The notes under the pieces are model-generated. The model was not told the origin of the DNA. It was given only the letters and a program-made list of their open reading frames with translations, and made no database searches. DNA of 64,000 nucleotides from Myxococcales bacterium (GTDB lineage Bacteria > Myxococcota_A > UBA9042 > JABWCM01 > BTVJ01), in NCBI GenBank assembly GCA_045863395.1, contig BTVJ01000013.1:32001-96000 (forward strand). Direction: 5' to 3'. This document shows positions 10,195 through 19,675 of this stretch, piece by piece. Positions within the stretch are counted from its first letter, which is position 1, and each line of letters begins with the position of its first letter. Position numbers and translations under genes: made by a program.

Positions 10195-10210
10195 TGGCAC
10201 GGCGCCTGCT
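10195..10210 (+). promoter_or_regulatory. Sigma54 (-24/-12) promoter of qNor
   Basis: TGGCAC-GGCGC-CTGCT matches TGGCAC-N5-TTGCW; downstream of the NorR boxes. Confidence 0.85.
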
Positions 10211-10275
10211 TGGGGCCGCGCCCAACGGACTGGCGCGCCACGGTGGCCGCCCCGCACAGACGCAGGAAGTGGACG

Positions 10276-12552
10276 ATGAAGAACAAAGGACTGTGGATCG
10301 CCCTGGCCGTCGTGACGGTCGGCTCCTTCACGGTGCTCGGCCTCTTGGGGCGCGAGATCTACCGGGAGGCGCCACCCATCCCCGAGCGCGTGGTCACCGC
10401 CGATGGCGACGTGCTGTATACCCGCGCCCAGATCGACGCCGGAAAGAGCTCCTGGCAGACCATGGGCGGCCAGCAGATAGGCTCCATCTGGGGGCACGGC
10501 GCCTACCAGGCACCGGACTGGTCGGCCGACTGGCTGCACCGGGAGGCGACGGGCCTCCTCGACGTCTGGGCTCGCGCCGAGGGAGCAGACGCCTACGCCG
10601 CCCTGAGCGCCGAGCACCAGGCCGCCCTCCGCGAGCGCTTGCGGGGTGAGCTGCGCACCAACACCTATGACGCCGAGACGGGGACGCTGACGGTGTCAGC
10701 GGAGCGGGCGCAGGTCATCCGCTCGGTCGCCGCCCACTACGACGGGCTGTTCGGCAGTGACCCGGCGCTCGCGGACCTGCGGGACGCCTACGCCATCCCG
10801 CCGAACACCCTGGCCGACCCAGAGCGCCGCACGACGCTGACCGCCTTCTTCTTCTGGACGGCCTGGGCCTGCGGCACCAACCGCCCCGACGCGGACATCA
10901 CCTACACCAACAACTGGCCCGCCGAGCCGCTCATCGGCAACGCGCCCACCGAGGCGAGCGTCCTGTGGTCCATCCTCAGCGTGGTGCTCCTCCTCGCGGG
11001 AGTCGGCGCCCTGGTCTGGTACATGGCGGCCAAACGCAAGGAGGAGCCCCTGCTCCGCGTGCCTGATCGGGATCCGCTGCTCGGCCTCGTACCCACGCCG
11101 TCCATGCAGGCGACGAAGAAGTACTTCTGGACGGTCATCGGGCTCATGCTCGCCCAGGTCACCCTCGGCGGCATCACGGCCCACTACGGAGTCGAGGGCC
11201 AGGGCTTCTACGGAATTCCCCTCGCCGAGTATCTGCCCTACACGGTGGCCCGCACCTGGCACACCCAGCTCGGCATCTTCTGGATAGCGACCGCCTGGGT
11301 GGCCACGGGCCTCTACATCGCACCGGCCGTATCTGGCTACGAGCCGCCATTCCAGCGCCTGCTCGTCAATGTCCTCTACGTGTGCCTGCTCGTCATCGTC
11401 GTCGGCTCCATGGCCGGAGAGTGGCTCGCCGTCCAGCAGAAGATGGGCACCGACCTGTCGTTCTGGTTCGGTCACCAGGGATTCGAGTACGTGGACCTGG
11501 GGCGGTTCTGGCAGATCTTCCTGTTCGTCGGGCTCCTGCTCTGGCTCGTCATGGTCGGCCGCGCGCTCCTGCCGGCGCTCCGCCGCAAGGACGAGCACCG
11601 GGAGATCACGCTGCTCCTGTTCCTCTCCACCATCGCCATCGGCCTCTTCTACGGCGCCGGTCTGATGTGGGGCAAGGGCACGCACCTGGCGGTCGCCGAG
11701 TACTGGCGCTGGTGGGTGGTCCACCTCTGGGTGGAGGGCTTCTTCGAGGTCTTCGCCACGGCGGTCATCGCGTTCCTGTTCTCGCGCCTCGGGCTGGTCC
11801 GTACCTCTACGGCAACCTCCGCCGTCCTCTTCTCCACGGTGATCTTCCTCGCGGGCGGCATCATCGGCACGGCGCACCACCTCTACTTCACCGGCACGCC
11901 GGTCTCGGTGCTGGCGCTCGGCGCGGTGTTCTCGGCCCTCGAGATCGTCCCCCTCGTGCTCATCGGCTTCGAGGCCTTCGAGACCTTCCGCCACGCCTCG
12001 GCGCGCCCCTGGGTGGCCGCCTACCGCTGGCCGATCCTCTTCTTCGTGGCCGTCGCCTTCTGGAACCTGGTCGGCGCCGGAGTCTTCGGGTTCATGATCA
12101 ACCCGCCCGTCGCCCTCTACTACATGCAGGGCCTCAACACGACCGCCGTCCACGGCCACACGGCCCTCTTCGGAGTCTACGGGATGCTCGGGATCGGCCT
12201 CATGCTCTTCAGCCTGCGGGGCCTCATGAGCCGCGACGCCTGGTCCGACCGCCTGCTGCGAGTCTCCTTCTGGTCTTTCAACGGCGGCCTCGTGGCCATG
12301 GTCGTGCTGTCTCTCCTTCCCATCGGGCTCATCCAGACGAGCGCCAGCATCTCCGAGGGGCTCTGGTACGCCCGCTCGGCGGACCTCCTGCAGCAGCCGT
12401 ACATGGACACGCTGCGCTGGCTGCGGGCCCCGGGTGACGTCCTCTTCAGCGCGGGCGTGGGCGGCCTCGCAGTCTTCGCCGTCCGCCTGTGGTGGCGCTC
12501 CCGCGCCAAGAGCCGCGCCGCGGCGCCCGCCCCCGTCAGGCAGGCCGCCTGA
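10276..12552 (+). CDS. norB: Quinol-dependent nitric oxide reductase (qNor, single subunit)
   Basis: GSIWGHGAYQAPDWSADWLHRE, SYTNNWP-like TYTNNWP, RTWHTQL, WWVVHLWVEGFFEVF, GTAHHLYF, HGHTALFGVYG. Confidence 0.95.
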   Translation: MKNKGLWIALAVVTVGSFTVLGLLGREIYREAPPIPERVVTADGDVLYTRAQIDAGKSSWQTMGGQQIGSIWGHGAYQAPDWSADWLHREATGLLDVWARAEGADAYAALSAEHQAALRERLRGELRTNTYDAETGTLTVSAERAQVIRSVAAHYDGLFGSDPALADLRDAYAIPPNTLADPERRTTLTAFFFWTAWACGTNRPDADITYTNNWPAEPLIGNAPTEASVLWSILSVVLLLAGVGALVWYMAAKRKEEPLLRVPDRDPLLGLVPTPSMQATKKYFWTVIGLMLAQVTLGGITAHYGVEGQGFYGIPLAEYLPYTVARTWHTQLGIFWIATAWVATGLYIAPAVSGYEPPFQRLLVNVLYVCLLVIVVGSMAGEWLAVQQKMGTDLSFWFGHQGFEYVDLGRFWQIFLFVGLLLWLVMVGRALLPALRRKDEHREITLLLFLSTIAIGLFYGAGLMWGKGTHLAVAEYWRWWVVHLWVEGFFEVFATAVIAFLFSRLGLVRTSTATSAVLFSTVIFLAGGIIGTAHHLYFTGTPVSVLALGAVFSALEIVPLVLIGFEAFETFRHASARPWVAAYRWPILFFVAVAFWNLVGAGVFGFMINPPVALYYMQGLNTTAVHGHTALFGVYGMLGIGLMLFSLRGLMSRDAWSDRLLRVSFWSFNGGLVAMVVLSLLPIGLIQTSASISEGLWYARSADLLQQPYMDTLRWLRAPGDVLFSAGVGGLAVFAVRLWWRSRAKSRAAAPAPVRQAA

Positions 12553-13915
12553 GCTCGGGCCGAATGATCCGCTCCTCCAGCTCCCTCCGAAATTCCTCGT
12601 AGTCGTCAGGCTCGGGGGTCACCACGATGAACCGCGTCTTCCCCTGGATCGGGTTGTGTCCCCGTGGCAGCACGCCGAGCCGCTGCTCGGCGATGTGCTC
12701 CGGGTCGGCCAGGTCTCCGAGACGCCGCGCGATCTCCTCATACGGAATCCCCGGCTCGCCGAAGTCGAACCACGGGCTGTTGGACACACCGACGGACTGC
12801 CCCGTCGCCTCCTCCGCCCAGAGCTTGACCATGGCCGCGCCAGTATTGGACGACGGCCGCAGCCCCGGGTCGTAGATCACGATGCTCCCGTCCTCCCGCT
12901 CGAAGTAGTCGCACATCACGAAGCCAAAAGAGCCGGGGCAGTGCTCTCGGATTCCCCGCACCAGATCGAGGATCGCCGGCGCCACGACGGCCAGCCTCTC
13001 CGCCGTGACGGGGTGATTGATGCTGCCCGCGTACTTCTTGCCGTCGGCCGCCACGAGCTGGTCGGTCAGCGCCACGACGGGGATGGGTGCCGCCTCGTCC
13101 TTGTCCAGGAAGATCTGGAAGCTCTTGTTGACCCCCCTGACCTCCGGCTGAATCACCACGATGGGGTTGAGCCCGTAGGCCCTGGTGCGCTCGCGAATCC
13201 CCTCCATCTCCGCACGGAACTCCTCCAGCGACGAGACGGGAAACACTCCCTCACCTGCGTTCTCCGTGTTGCACGTCTTGATGTAGACCTTGTGCCCGGG
13301 CGACCAGGCCGCGTGAAAGTCTGCGTCTCCCACGTCGAACATATCCTTCCGGACTTCGGGGGCAGCGAACCGCGACAGCAGGGTCACCGTCTCCTTGGAG
13401 TTGACCATCTGCATGTTGCGCAGCGAGTTCGCGGTGATGTCGTCCGCCCCCTCGCCGAAGTCGTCGATGGAGTAGACCGGGCGCCCGGCTCGCCTCGCCA
13501 TGGGAACAATCTCGTCCACGCCCTTGTGAATCAGCGCCTCACCGAGAAAGCCGACGCTCTGCAGGTAGGTGATGAGCGTCCTGTCGGTCCCCTCGGGCAG
13601 GTAGACGCGATTCGCGCCGGGCGTGCAGAGGTAGGCCCCGGCGGTGGGCATGATCAGGTTCATCCCGGGCCCGAGGAGCGCGCCATAGTCCTTGCGGAAG
13701 GCGCTGCGGGGATCGTTCGGGTCGGCGGTCTGGTTGAACAGCAGGTTGATGTCGTAGGGAGACACCCGCCGGCAGAGATCGGTGTAGGAGGCGCGCACGA
13801 GCTGCGCGAAGGGGTGACCGGGAGGAAACAGGGGCTCGGTGCCCCCCCGGGACGCCGCCCGCTCCGCACACCGCACGGTCTGGGCGACGGCCCCGCCGGC
13901 TCCGCTGTCGTTCAT
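12536..13915 (-). CDS. Orphan ATP-grasp fold protein (putative amide/peptide ligase)
   Basis: AAGGAGG RBS before ATG 13915; VNSK, YIKTCNTENAGEGV, VVIQPEV, GFVMCDYF...IYDPGLRPSSNT pattern typical of ATP-grasp domains. Confidence 0.65.
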   Translation of the reverse strand: MNDSGAGGAVAQTVRCAERAASRGGTEPLFPPGHPFAQLVRASYTDLCRRVSPYDINLLFNQTADPNDPRSAFRKDYGALLGPGMNLIMPTAGAYLCTPGANRVYLPEGTDRTLITYLQSVGFLGEALIHKGVDEIVPMARRAGRPVYSIDDFGEGADDITANSLRNMQMVNSKETVTLLSRFAAPEVRKDMFDVGDADFHAAWSPGHKVYIKTCNTENAGEGVFPVSSLEEFRAEMEGIRERTRAYGLNPIVVIQPEVRGVNKSFQIFLDKDEAAPIPVVALTDQLVAADGKKYAGSINHPVTAERLAVVAPAILDLVRGIREHCPGSFGFVMCDYFEREDGSIVIYDPGLRPSSNTGAAMVKLWAEEATGQSVGVSNSPWFDFGEPGIPYEEIARRLGDLADPEHIAEQRLGVLPRGHNPIQGKTRFIVVTPEPDDYEEFRRELEERIIRPELRRPA

Positions 13916-14032
13916 GCTGACCTCCTTGTGGTGTCGTGAGCCCACGAGCATACCGCAGAGAGGGAGCGATGCAACGCCTGCGAAGGGAACGCGGCGCACG
14001 TGCCCGGCGCCGGACCGTCGTCGCGCGACCGG

Positions 14033-16435
14033 CTATGGACCGGCGGGCACCAGGAAGGACTCGGTCCACTCGGGGCGCGCGGGGACGGGCCCCTGGATGA
14101 GCATCTGCTCCCAGTCGCTGTCCGCGAGGCGCTTGATCTCGGGCACGTCCACCTCGTAGTAGCTGAACACCGGGCCCACGTAGGCCTCCGGGCCGTCGCA
14201 GGTGTCGCTGGTCAGGACCATGAGGTTCACGTTGCCCGTCGCCACATGCAGGACGTTGGGGCCGGGCAGCGGGCCCGAGTTCGGGTTGGTGTGGACGTCC
14301 GCGATGGTCGGGTCCCACTCTCCCGTCTTGTCGCTGTAGGGGTAGAACAGCGTCGGGTACCACCCGCTGAAGATCGGGGCGCCGCACCCCATGTCACCCA
14401 TGACCGTGGTCTTCAGGTACAGCACGTCGTCGTCCGTGAACGCCTCCCCGGCCAGCTCCTTCTCCGCGAGGGCCTTGAGCGACCCCATGTGCTTCTCCCA
14501 GTTGGCGAAGAAGGCGTCCAGGCTGTTGCCCACGCCGGGCACCTGGGCCGCGGCGATGCGCGCCCGCGCGTCGGCGCCCAGCGCCCCGAGGGCCTCGTAC
14601 AGCTCGGGGTAGGGCTCCACGTAGCCGTCCGGGTGCTCGCAGCTCACGCCACCCGTGTAGGACTGCTTGGCGTAGAGGATCGTGTCGTGGCGGAGCTGCG
14701 CCCACGACGCTAGCTGCGTGTTCAGGATCCGGTCCCGCCACGCGGGGGTCCGCATGGGCTCCGGGAACATCTCGTGGGTGGTCGGCGCGTTGAGGGTCCG
14801 CAGCGCCGTCAGCCACCGGTTGTAGAGGTTGCCGCCCCAGAAGGACGCGTCGTACCAGTCCACGAGGAAGCGCAGCGAGTGCAGGTTGCCCTGGTAGGGG
14901 AACTCGTCGAGCATGGGCACGAGGTGCGGGATCACCTGGTCGTTGCCCAGGACGAACAGCGCGTCCAGCGGGTCGGGCAGCACGCGCGGCACCTTGGCCC
15001 CCTTGAAGACCACCGTGTCGTAGACCACGTTCGCGAAGACGTAGCTGTCGACCACGAAGCGCTGCCCGAAGTATGCGAAGGACGGGGGCAGCGGCGTGGG
15101 CTCGCTGCTGAAGGGGTTGGTCTCCAGCCAGTGGCTGTTGATCTTCTGTGCGCCGTACTTGCCGCCGAGCAGGTCGACCGTCAGCGCCTCCCGCGTCTCG
15201 TCGGTCATGCCGGTGATGTCGGTGAGCGCCGCGAATCCGTAGTCCACGGCCAGCAGCCGCACCCCGTCGAGGGTGATGTAGTCCTGGTCGCCCACCATGA
15301 GGCCGATGAGCGAGTCCGCCTTCTGCCAGTCGGGGACCGCGCCGGCGGCGTCCGTGGCGGACGCGAGCAGCCAGGCGGCGGCGAGCTGCCGCACGTGGAA
15401 GGACCACTGCCCGCTGAACGGGTCGAGCTCCATGAACCGGAGGTCAGCGCGCCCGAGCCAGATCATGGCGCGGAAGTAGCGCTCCAGCTCCGGGTCCCCC
15501 TCGTAGTGGCCTCGCGGCTTGAACTGGCTGAAGTCCATCTTCCGCTGGACCCCGAACAAGGTGATGTCGACCATCTGCTCGGCCTTCACCAGATCGAGGA
15601 GCTTCGCCACGTCGGCGTCCACCCCGGTCTTCGACGCCACGGTCTGCCCTGCGAGCAGACTCCGCGCCACGGACAGGAAGAGGTCGGCGTCGCCCTTGGC
15701 CGCGTCGGCCAGCTCGTCCCCAGTCGCAAACCCCACGACCGCGTCGTGGGTGCCGGCGAGCACGCCGTCGATGGCGCCGATGAGGAACTGCTTCTCCAGG
15801 GTCTTGAGGATCTCGTCGTAGCTCGAGTGCAGCGCGTGCAGGATCATGTCCGACGTGACCAGCACCGGCAGGTCCTCTTGATAGATGTGCAGGAGCGCGT
15901 GCCCGAAGCTCTCGTACTGGAGCCGCTCGCTGACCACGAAGCCGTTGTCTTCCACCCGCGCGATCTCCGCCGGGGTCAGCGACAGCGCATTGGCGATGCC
16001 GTCGAAGTACGCGGACGCCGTCGGGTCATAGGTCAGCGCGAAGGGCTGCGGCATGTCGGCCGGGGTGTACTTCGCGACGAAGTCCTCGACGGTCAGCTCG
16101 GCGGCCTCGTCGAGCACCTGGGTCAGCGCCCCTTGGAACTGGGCGTCGGTGGGGCCGACGCGGGGGCCGGGATCCACCGGGATGGTGCCACCGTCGGGCT
16201 GGGGGGCTTGCACGTCGGGTCCGCCAGGCCCGGGGCCCGGACCGGCGTCATCCCCGCCGGGCAGCACGTCCGCTGCGCCCGGCGTGACGTCGGGACCAGC
16301 AAGGCTCGTGTCCGGTGCCCCTGCCTGGGTATCTGCACCGCCCCCTTGGGGGTCGCCCGCCGCGCCCCCGTCAGAGGCTCCCTCGCACCCTGCGCCCACC
16401 AGCGCCACGGCACACGCGATTGCTCTCCACTTCAT
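14033..16435 (-). CDS. DUF3160 family lipoprotein
   Basis: Lipobox GAGC; PVLVTSDMILHALH, DFSQFKPRGHY, YFRAMIWLG, LASWAQLRHDTILYAKQSY, GYVEP, YVGPVFSYYE. Confidence 0.88.
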   Translation of the reverse strand: MKWRAIACAVALVGAGCEGASDGGAAGDPQGGGADTQAGAPDTSLAGPDVTPGAADVLPGGDDAGPGPGPGGPDVQAPQPDGGTIPVDPGPRVGPTDAQFQGALTQVLDEAAELTVEDFVAKYTPADMPQPFALTYDPTASAYFDGIANALSLTPAEIARVEDNGFVVSERLQYESFGHALLHIYQEDLPVLVTSDMILHALHSSYDEILKTLEKQFLIGAIDGVLAGTHDAVVGFATGDELADAAKGDADLFLSVARSLLAGQTVASKTGVDADVAKLLDLVKAEQMVDITLFGVQRKMDFSQFKPRGHYEGDPELERYFRAMIWLGRADLRFMELDPFSGQWSFHVRQLAAAWLLASATDAAGAVPDWQKADSLIGLMVGDQDYITLDGVRLLAVDYGFAALTDITGMTDETREALTVDLLGGKYGAQKINSHWLETNPFSSEPTPLPPSFAYFGQRFVVDSYVFANVVYDTVVFKGAKVPRVLPDPLDALFVLGNDQVIPHLVPMLDEFPYQGNLHSLRFLVDWYDASFWGGNLYNRWLTALRTLNAPTTHEMFPEPMRTPAWRDRILNTQLASWAQLRHDTILYAKQSYTGGVSCEHPDGYVEPYPELYEALGALGADARARIAAAQVPGVGNSLDAFFANWEKHMGSLKALAEKELAGEAFTDDDVLYLKTTVMGDMGCGAPIFSGWYPTLFYPYSDKTGEWDPTIADVHTNPNSGPLPGPNVLHVATGNVNLMVLTSDTCDGPEAYVGPVFSYYEVDVPEIKRLADSDWEQMLIQGPVPARPEWTESFLVPAGP

Positions 16436-16473
16436 GACCTTCCCTCATCGGCAGATGTCTGAGGGCCCGGCGC

Positions 16474-16489
16474 TGCAATGACCGTGCCC
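16474..16489 (-). promoter_or_regulatory. Sigma54 promoter upstream of the DUF3160 gene
   Basis: Minus strand reads GGGCAC-GGTCA-TTGCA, about 40 bp upstream of the ATG at 16435. Confidence 0.7.
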
Positions 16490-16565
16490 GCGCAACTGGC
16501 CGAGAATTGGGGCCAACCCAACCTCGTGTGTGCACTATGTCTACACAGAGAGAAGATACGACCCG

Positions 16566-17210
16566 TCAGCTCCGCAGGATCCAGGCCGCGATCAGGGGCA
16601 GGAGGAACCCCGCCACGAGGAGGATGCCCCCGCGCCCCCGCAGCCCGTGCCGTCCGCGGACGATCAGCGCCCCGGAGACCCCGAGGAAGATCAGGGCGAC
16701 GGCATAGCCGTCCGCGATCCAGGTCCAGGCGCCGCGCCCCTCGTTGAGGTGGAGGAAGTTGAAGTCCCGCAGGAGGGGCCGATCCCGACTCACGACGTGC
16801 TCCGCCGCCCCAGTCGACAGGGTGTACTCCACCACGTCGCGCTCGCCGGTCTCGAAGTGCATGCTCAGGTGGTCCGGCCCCCGCCAGAACAGGTTCTTGG
16901 GCGGCGCCTTCCGGCCCAGCGCCTGCCCGACCCGCTCGGCGAGCACCGCGACCTCCGGGTCGGAGACGCTCTTGGGGTCCGCCCTGAGCGCCGAGAGACG
17001 CGCGGGAGCCAGGTCGGAGAGCAGCTCGGCGGGACCGCCCACCGTCACGACCTCCACCGACGTGCTCCGGTTGTAGTCCCAGTCCTGCCGGTGGTTCACG
17101 GCGATGCCGCTGACCGCGTAGACCAGCGTGAGGCCGACGGCGAGGAACCCCACGTCGCGGTGGAGCCAGGCGAGGGTCGCCCGCCACCGCCGCCGCCGCA
17201 CCTCGGTCAT
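16566..17210 (-). CDS. PepSY-associated TM helix domain protein
   Basis: WLHRDVGFL...YAVSGIAVNH and NFLHLN...WTWIADGYA...SG helices; ATG at 17210. Confidence 0.85.
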   Translation of the reverse strand: MTEVRRRRWRATLAWLHRDVGFLAVGLTLVYAVSGIAVNHRQDWDYNRSTSVEVVTVGGPAELLSDLAPARLSALRADPKSVSDPEVAVLAERVGQALGRKAPPKNLFWRGPDHLSMHFETGERDVVEYTLSTGAAEHVVSRDRPLLRDFNFLHLNEGRGAWTWIADGYAVALIFLGVSGALIVRGRHGLRGRGGILLVAGFLLPLIAAWILRS

Positions 17211-17214
17211 GGCG

Positions 17215-17928
17215 CTACCGGTACTCGGCGCCCGTGGCGCGCACGATGACCTGCTTGACGGGCGCGTCGCCCTGGATGGCCGACGGGTCGCCCACCCGGT
17301 AGTCCTTCGCGTAGTGCCGGGCCGCTGCCGCCGGCAGATCGACCAGCTCGGCGACGCCCTCGGTGACCACCTTCCGCCCGACGGACCCAGCCGGCACCAG
17401 GAAGGTCGGCGCCGCGATGACGCGCACCACCGCACCGGAGCGGTCCCCGTCGTCCACCACCCCGAACCAGCCGCGCTTGTGGTGGCACATGGCCGAGACG
17501 TTGCCCTCCAGGCGCACGGTCTTGCCCGCCCACGCCTCCGGGTCCTCGATGAGGTCCTTCACGCGGACGACCTCGGCACCGGCGAGGGCCAGCCCCGCGC
17601 CGGTGACCGTCGCGCCGGTGTCCGGGTCCGTCGTAGTGCGCTCGTCGGGGTGCTGGATGGGCTTGCCCGCGAACTCACCGCACGTGCCCGGAGCAGCCTG
17701 CCCACACCCTTCGCCGCTCGACGAGCCCTGGGTTGCGGGGGCCTGGGCCGCTGCCACGGGGGTGACCTCCGCGACCACCGGCGCCGCCTGGGCGGGCGCG
17801 GGTTGTACTCCCTGGGCGGGCGCAGGCTGCACTGCCTGCGCCACCGCTGCACCCTGCGCTCCCTGGACCGGGGCACCCTGCCCGCCACACGCCGTGCCGA
17901 GCACCACGAACACCAACCACCGCTTCAT
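17215..17928 (-). CDS. DUF4920-like OB-fold lipoprotein
   Basis: Lipobox GTAC, Ala/Gln/Pro linker, GKTVRLEGNVSAMCHHKRGWF...FLVP...ATGA. Confidence 0.7.
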   Translation of the reverse strand: MKRWLVFVVLGTACGGQGAPVQGAQGAAVAQAVQPAPAQGVQPAPAQAAPVVAEVTPVAAAQAPATQGSSSGEGCGQAAPGTCGEFAGKPIQHPDERTTTDPDTGATVTGAGLALAGAEVVRVKDLIEDPEAWAGKTVRLEGNVSAMCHHKRGWFGVVDDGDRSGAVVRVIAAPTFLVPAGSVGRKVVTEGVAELVDLPAAAARHYAKDYRVGDPSAIQGDAPVKQVIVRATGAEYR

Positions 17929-18110
17929 GTGATCACCTCAGAGAGTGGGCGGACCCGGACAGGAGCTGCCCCCGGACACGGGCCACCGTGAGACCGCCGG
18001 CGTCGAGCCGACGCGGACAGAGCCTCCTGCCACACCATGAGGTGCACAATCAAGGGCATGTCGACCTGGCTGGACTTCGCGAGGCGGGTGGCGCGGAGGG
18101 GAAGCGGAGG

Positions 18111-19403
18111 TCAGGGGGCCTTGCTGCACACGTTGGTGGTGCCGCAGCCGCCACCGCAGCCGCCGTTCGGGTCACAGAAGTCCCAGCAGATCCACTGCTG
18201 GGTGCAGACGGCGCCCGGCCCGCAGTCCATGTCCGACTTGCACTCATTCGGAGGATTGCACCCTGGCCAGTCGATGACGCCGTCGCCATCGTTGTCGATC
18301 CCGTCACAGACCTCGATGTCGGCGGGCGGCACGCACATGCCGTAGGCGACGAAGCAAGGCGCGCAGGGCTTGTTCGGCTCGCAGGGCGGGCAGGCGCCGC
18401 CGCCGCCCGTGTAGTCGCAGGTCCACCCGGCGGGGCAGTCGTAGTCGCTCATGCACTCCGCGCCACCGCAGACCCCGCCCTCGTCCACCTGCCCGTCCCC
18501 GTCGTTGTCGAGGCCATCGCAGATCTCGTTGGCGTAGCCCACGCACACGCCGTAGGGCGGCATGCACGGCGGGCAGATGCCGTTGTCGCAGGGCGGACAG
18601 TAGTAGTCGCTGGCGGCGTAATCGCACCACGTCCCGGCCGGGCACTCCCAGTCGTTCCAGCACTGCTGGTTCAGGGGCTGGCAGGTGCCGCCCTGGTACA
18701 AGCACGGAGCGCAGGTGCCGTTGGGATCGCAGGGCGGGCACGCGCCGCCGCCGGCCTCTCCGTCACAGTACCAGCCGGCGGGGCAGTCCCCGTCGCTCCA
18801 GCACTCGGAGCCGCAGACGCCGTCCTCGTCCACCCAGCCGTCGCCGTCGTTGTCGAGGCCGTCGCAGATCTCGGCGCTCGAAGCCACGCAGATCCCCATC
18901 CAGGGGGCGCCACAGGGCTCGCAGGGCTTGCCGGCCTCGCAGGGCGGGCACCAGATTAGCGCGTCACTGGCCCCGCCCGCGTACTGGCACGTCATGCCCT
19001 TGGGGCAGTCGTAGTCCGACCAGCACTCGGTGGACGTGTTGTCTACGCAGATGCCGGTACACACCGCGAGGCAATCGAAGCTGCCGCCGCAGCCTGGGTC
19101 AGGGCCGCACGCGCCGTCATCCACGGTGCAGTGCTTGCCGGGACCACACTGGGAGGAGCTGTAGCAGACGTCGGCCGGGGGCTCGTCGCACACCCACTGG
19201 CACCCGGCGTCCACGCACGCCCACCCTCCGTCGCAGGCGACGTCGGCGGGCGCGGGACCGCCGCACTCGGAGTCCTTCTCGCAGATCAGCTCCTTCGGAG
19301 TGGGGACGCACTGCTTGGACTTGGCAGCGATCAGGAGCAGCGCCGCCCCGGCAAGGAGCAGCGGGACGACACGCGCGGCGCGGGACGCTCTCTTGGACGA
19401 CAT
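18111..19403 (-). CDS. Secreted Cys-rich protein with EICDGLDNDGDG putative metal-binding (MopE-related) repeats and CPPC/CxxC motifs
   Basis: GGAGG RBS, hydrophobic signal; three E(I/V)CDG(L/I)DNDGDG repeats alternating with ECWSDxDCPxG..C and CPPC...CxPC units. Confidence 0.8.
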   Translation of the reverse strand: MSSKRASRAARVVPLLLAGAALLLIAAKSKQCVPTPKELICEKDSECGGPAPADVACDGGWACVDAGCQWVCDEPPADVCYSSSQCGPGKHCTVDDGACGPDPGCGGSFDCLAVCTGICVDNTSTECWSDYDCPKGMTCQYAGGASDALIWCPPCEAGKPCEPCGAPWMGICVASSAEICDGLDNDGDGWVDEDGVCGSECWSDGDCPAGWYCDGEAGGGACPPCDPNGTCAPCLYQGGTCQPLNQQCWNDWECPAGTWCDYAASDYYCPPCDNGICPPCMPPYGVCVGYANEICDGLDNDGDGQVDEGGVCGGAECMSDYDCPAGWTCDYTGGGGACPPCEPNKPCAPCFVAYGMCVPPADIEVCDGIDNDGDGVIDWPGCNPPNECKSDMDCGPGAVCTQQWICWDFCDPNGGCGGGCGTTNVCSKAP

Positions 19404-19453
19404 GGGGGGACCTCCTGGGTGCACATCGGGTTGTACCATCGCGGTGGGCGTCG

Positions 19454-19469
19454 AGCAACATGCGTGCCA
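19454..19469 (-). promoter_or_regulatory. Sigma54 promoter (consensus) upstream of the Cys-rich gene
   Basis: Minus strand reads TGGCAC-GCATG-TTGCT. Confidence 0.85.
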
Positions 19470-19576
19470 GACGTGGCGGCAGAACTCCGAGGGCACAGGT
19501 GGCGGCCAGGCGTGACGGCCCCCGCGAGGGGGCCCCTCAAGCCACGGGCCACGCACGGGCATCTCATCGCCACATG

Positions 19577-19597
19577 GTGTAGCGAAACTCGCCACAC
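19577..19597. promoter_or_regulatory. Inverted repeat, candidate enhancer-binding-protein site
   Basis: GTGTAGCGA-AAC-TCGCCACAC, about 110 bp upstream of the -24 element at 19469. Confidence 0.5.
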
Positions 19598-19675
19598 CCC
19601 CACTTGGCGCCGACAGGGCACGCTGTGCTATCCTGCCGGGCGCCGCGGCATCCAGCACCAGGAGGCACATCGCTC

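Noticed and set aside
10276..12552. qNor as an NO dismutase (NOD)-type enzyme
   Set aside because: The canonical HLWVEGFFE, RTWH and HH motifs are retained.
17929..18110. Riboswitch upstream of the DUF4920-like/PepSY genes
   Set aside because: No cobalamin B12-box or other recognisable aptamer core found by eye; an Infernal/Rfam scan would be needed to exclude one fully.
18111..19403. CxxC motifs as multiheme cytochrome or RiPP precursor
   Set aside because: There is no CxxCH pattern, the protein is large and repetitive, and no radical SAM or YcaO enzyme is nearby.
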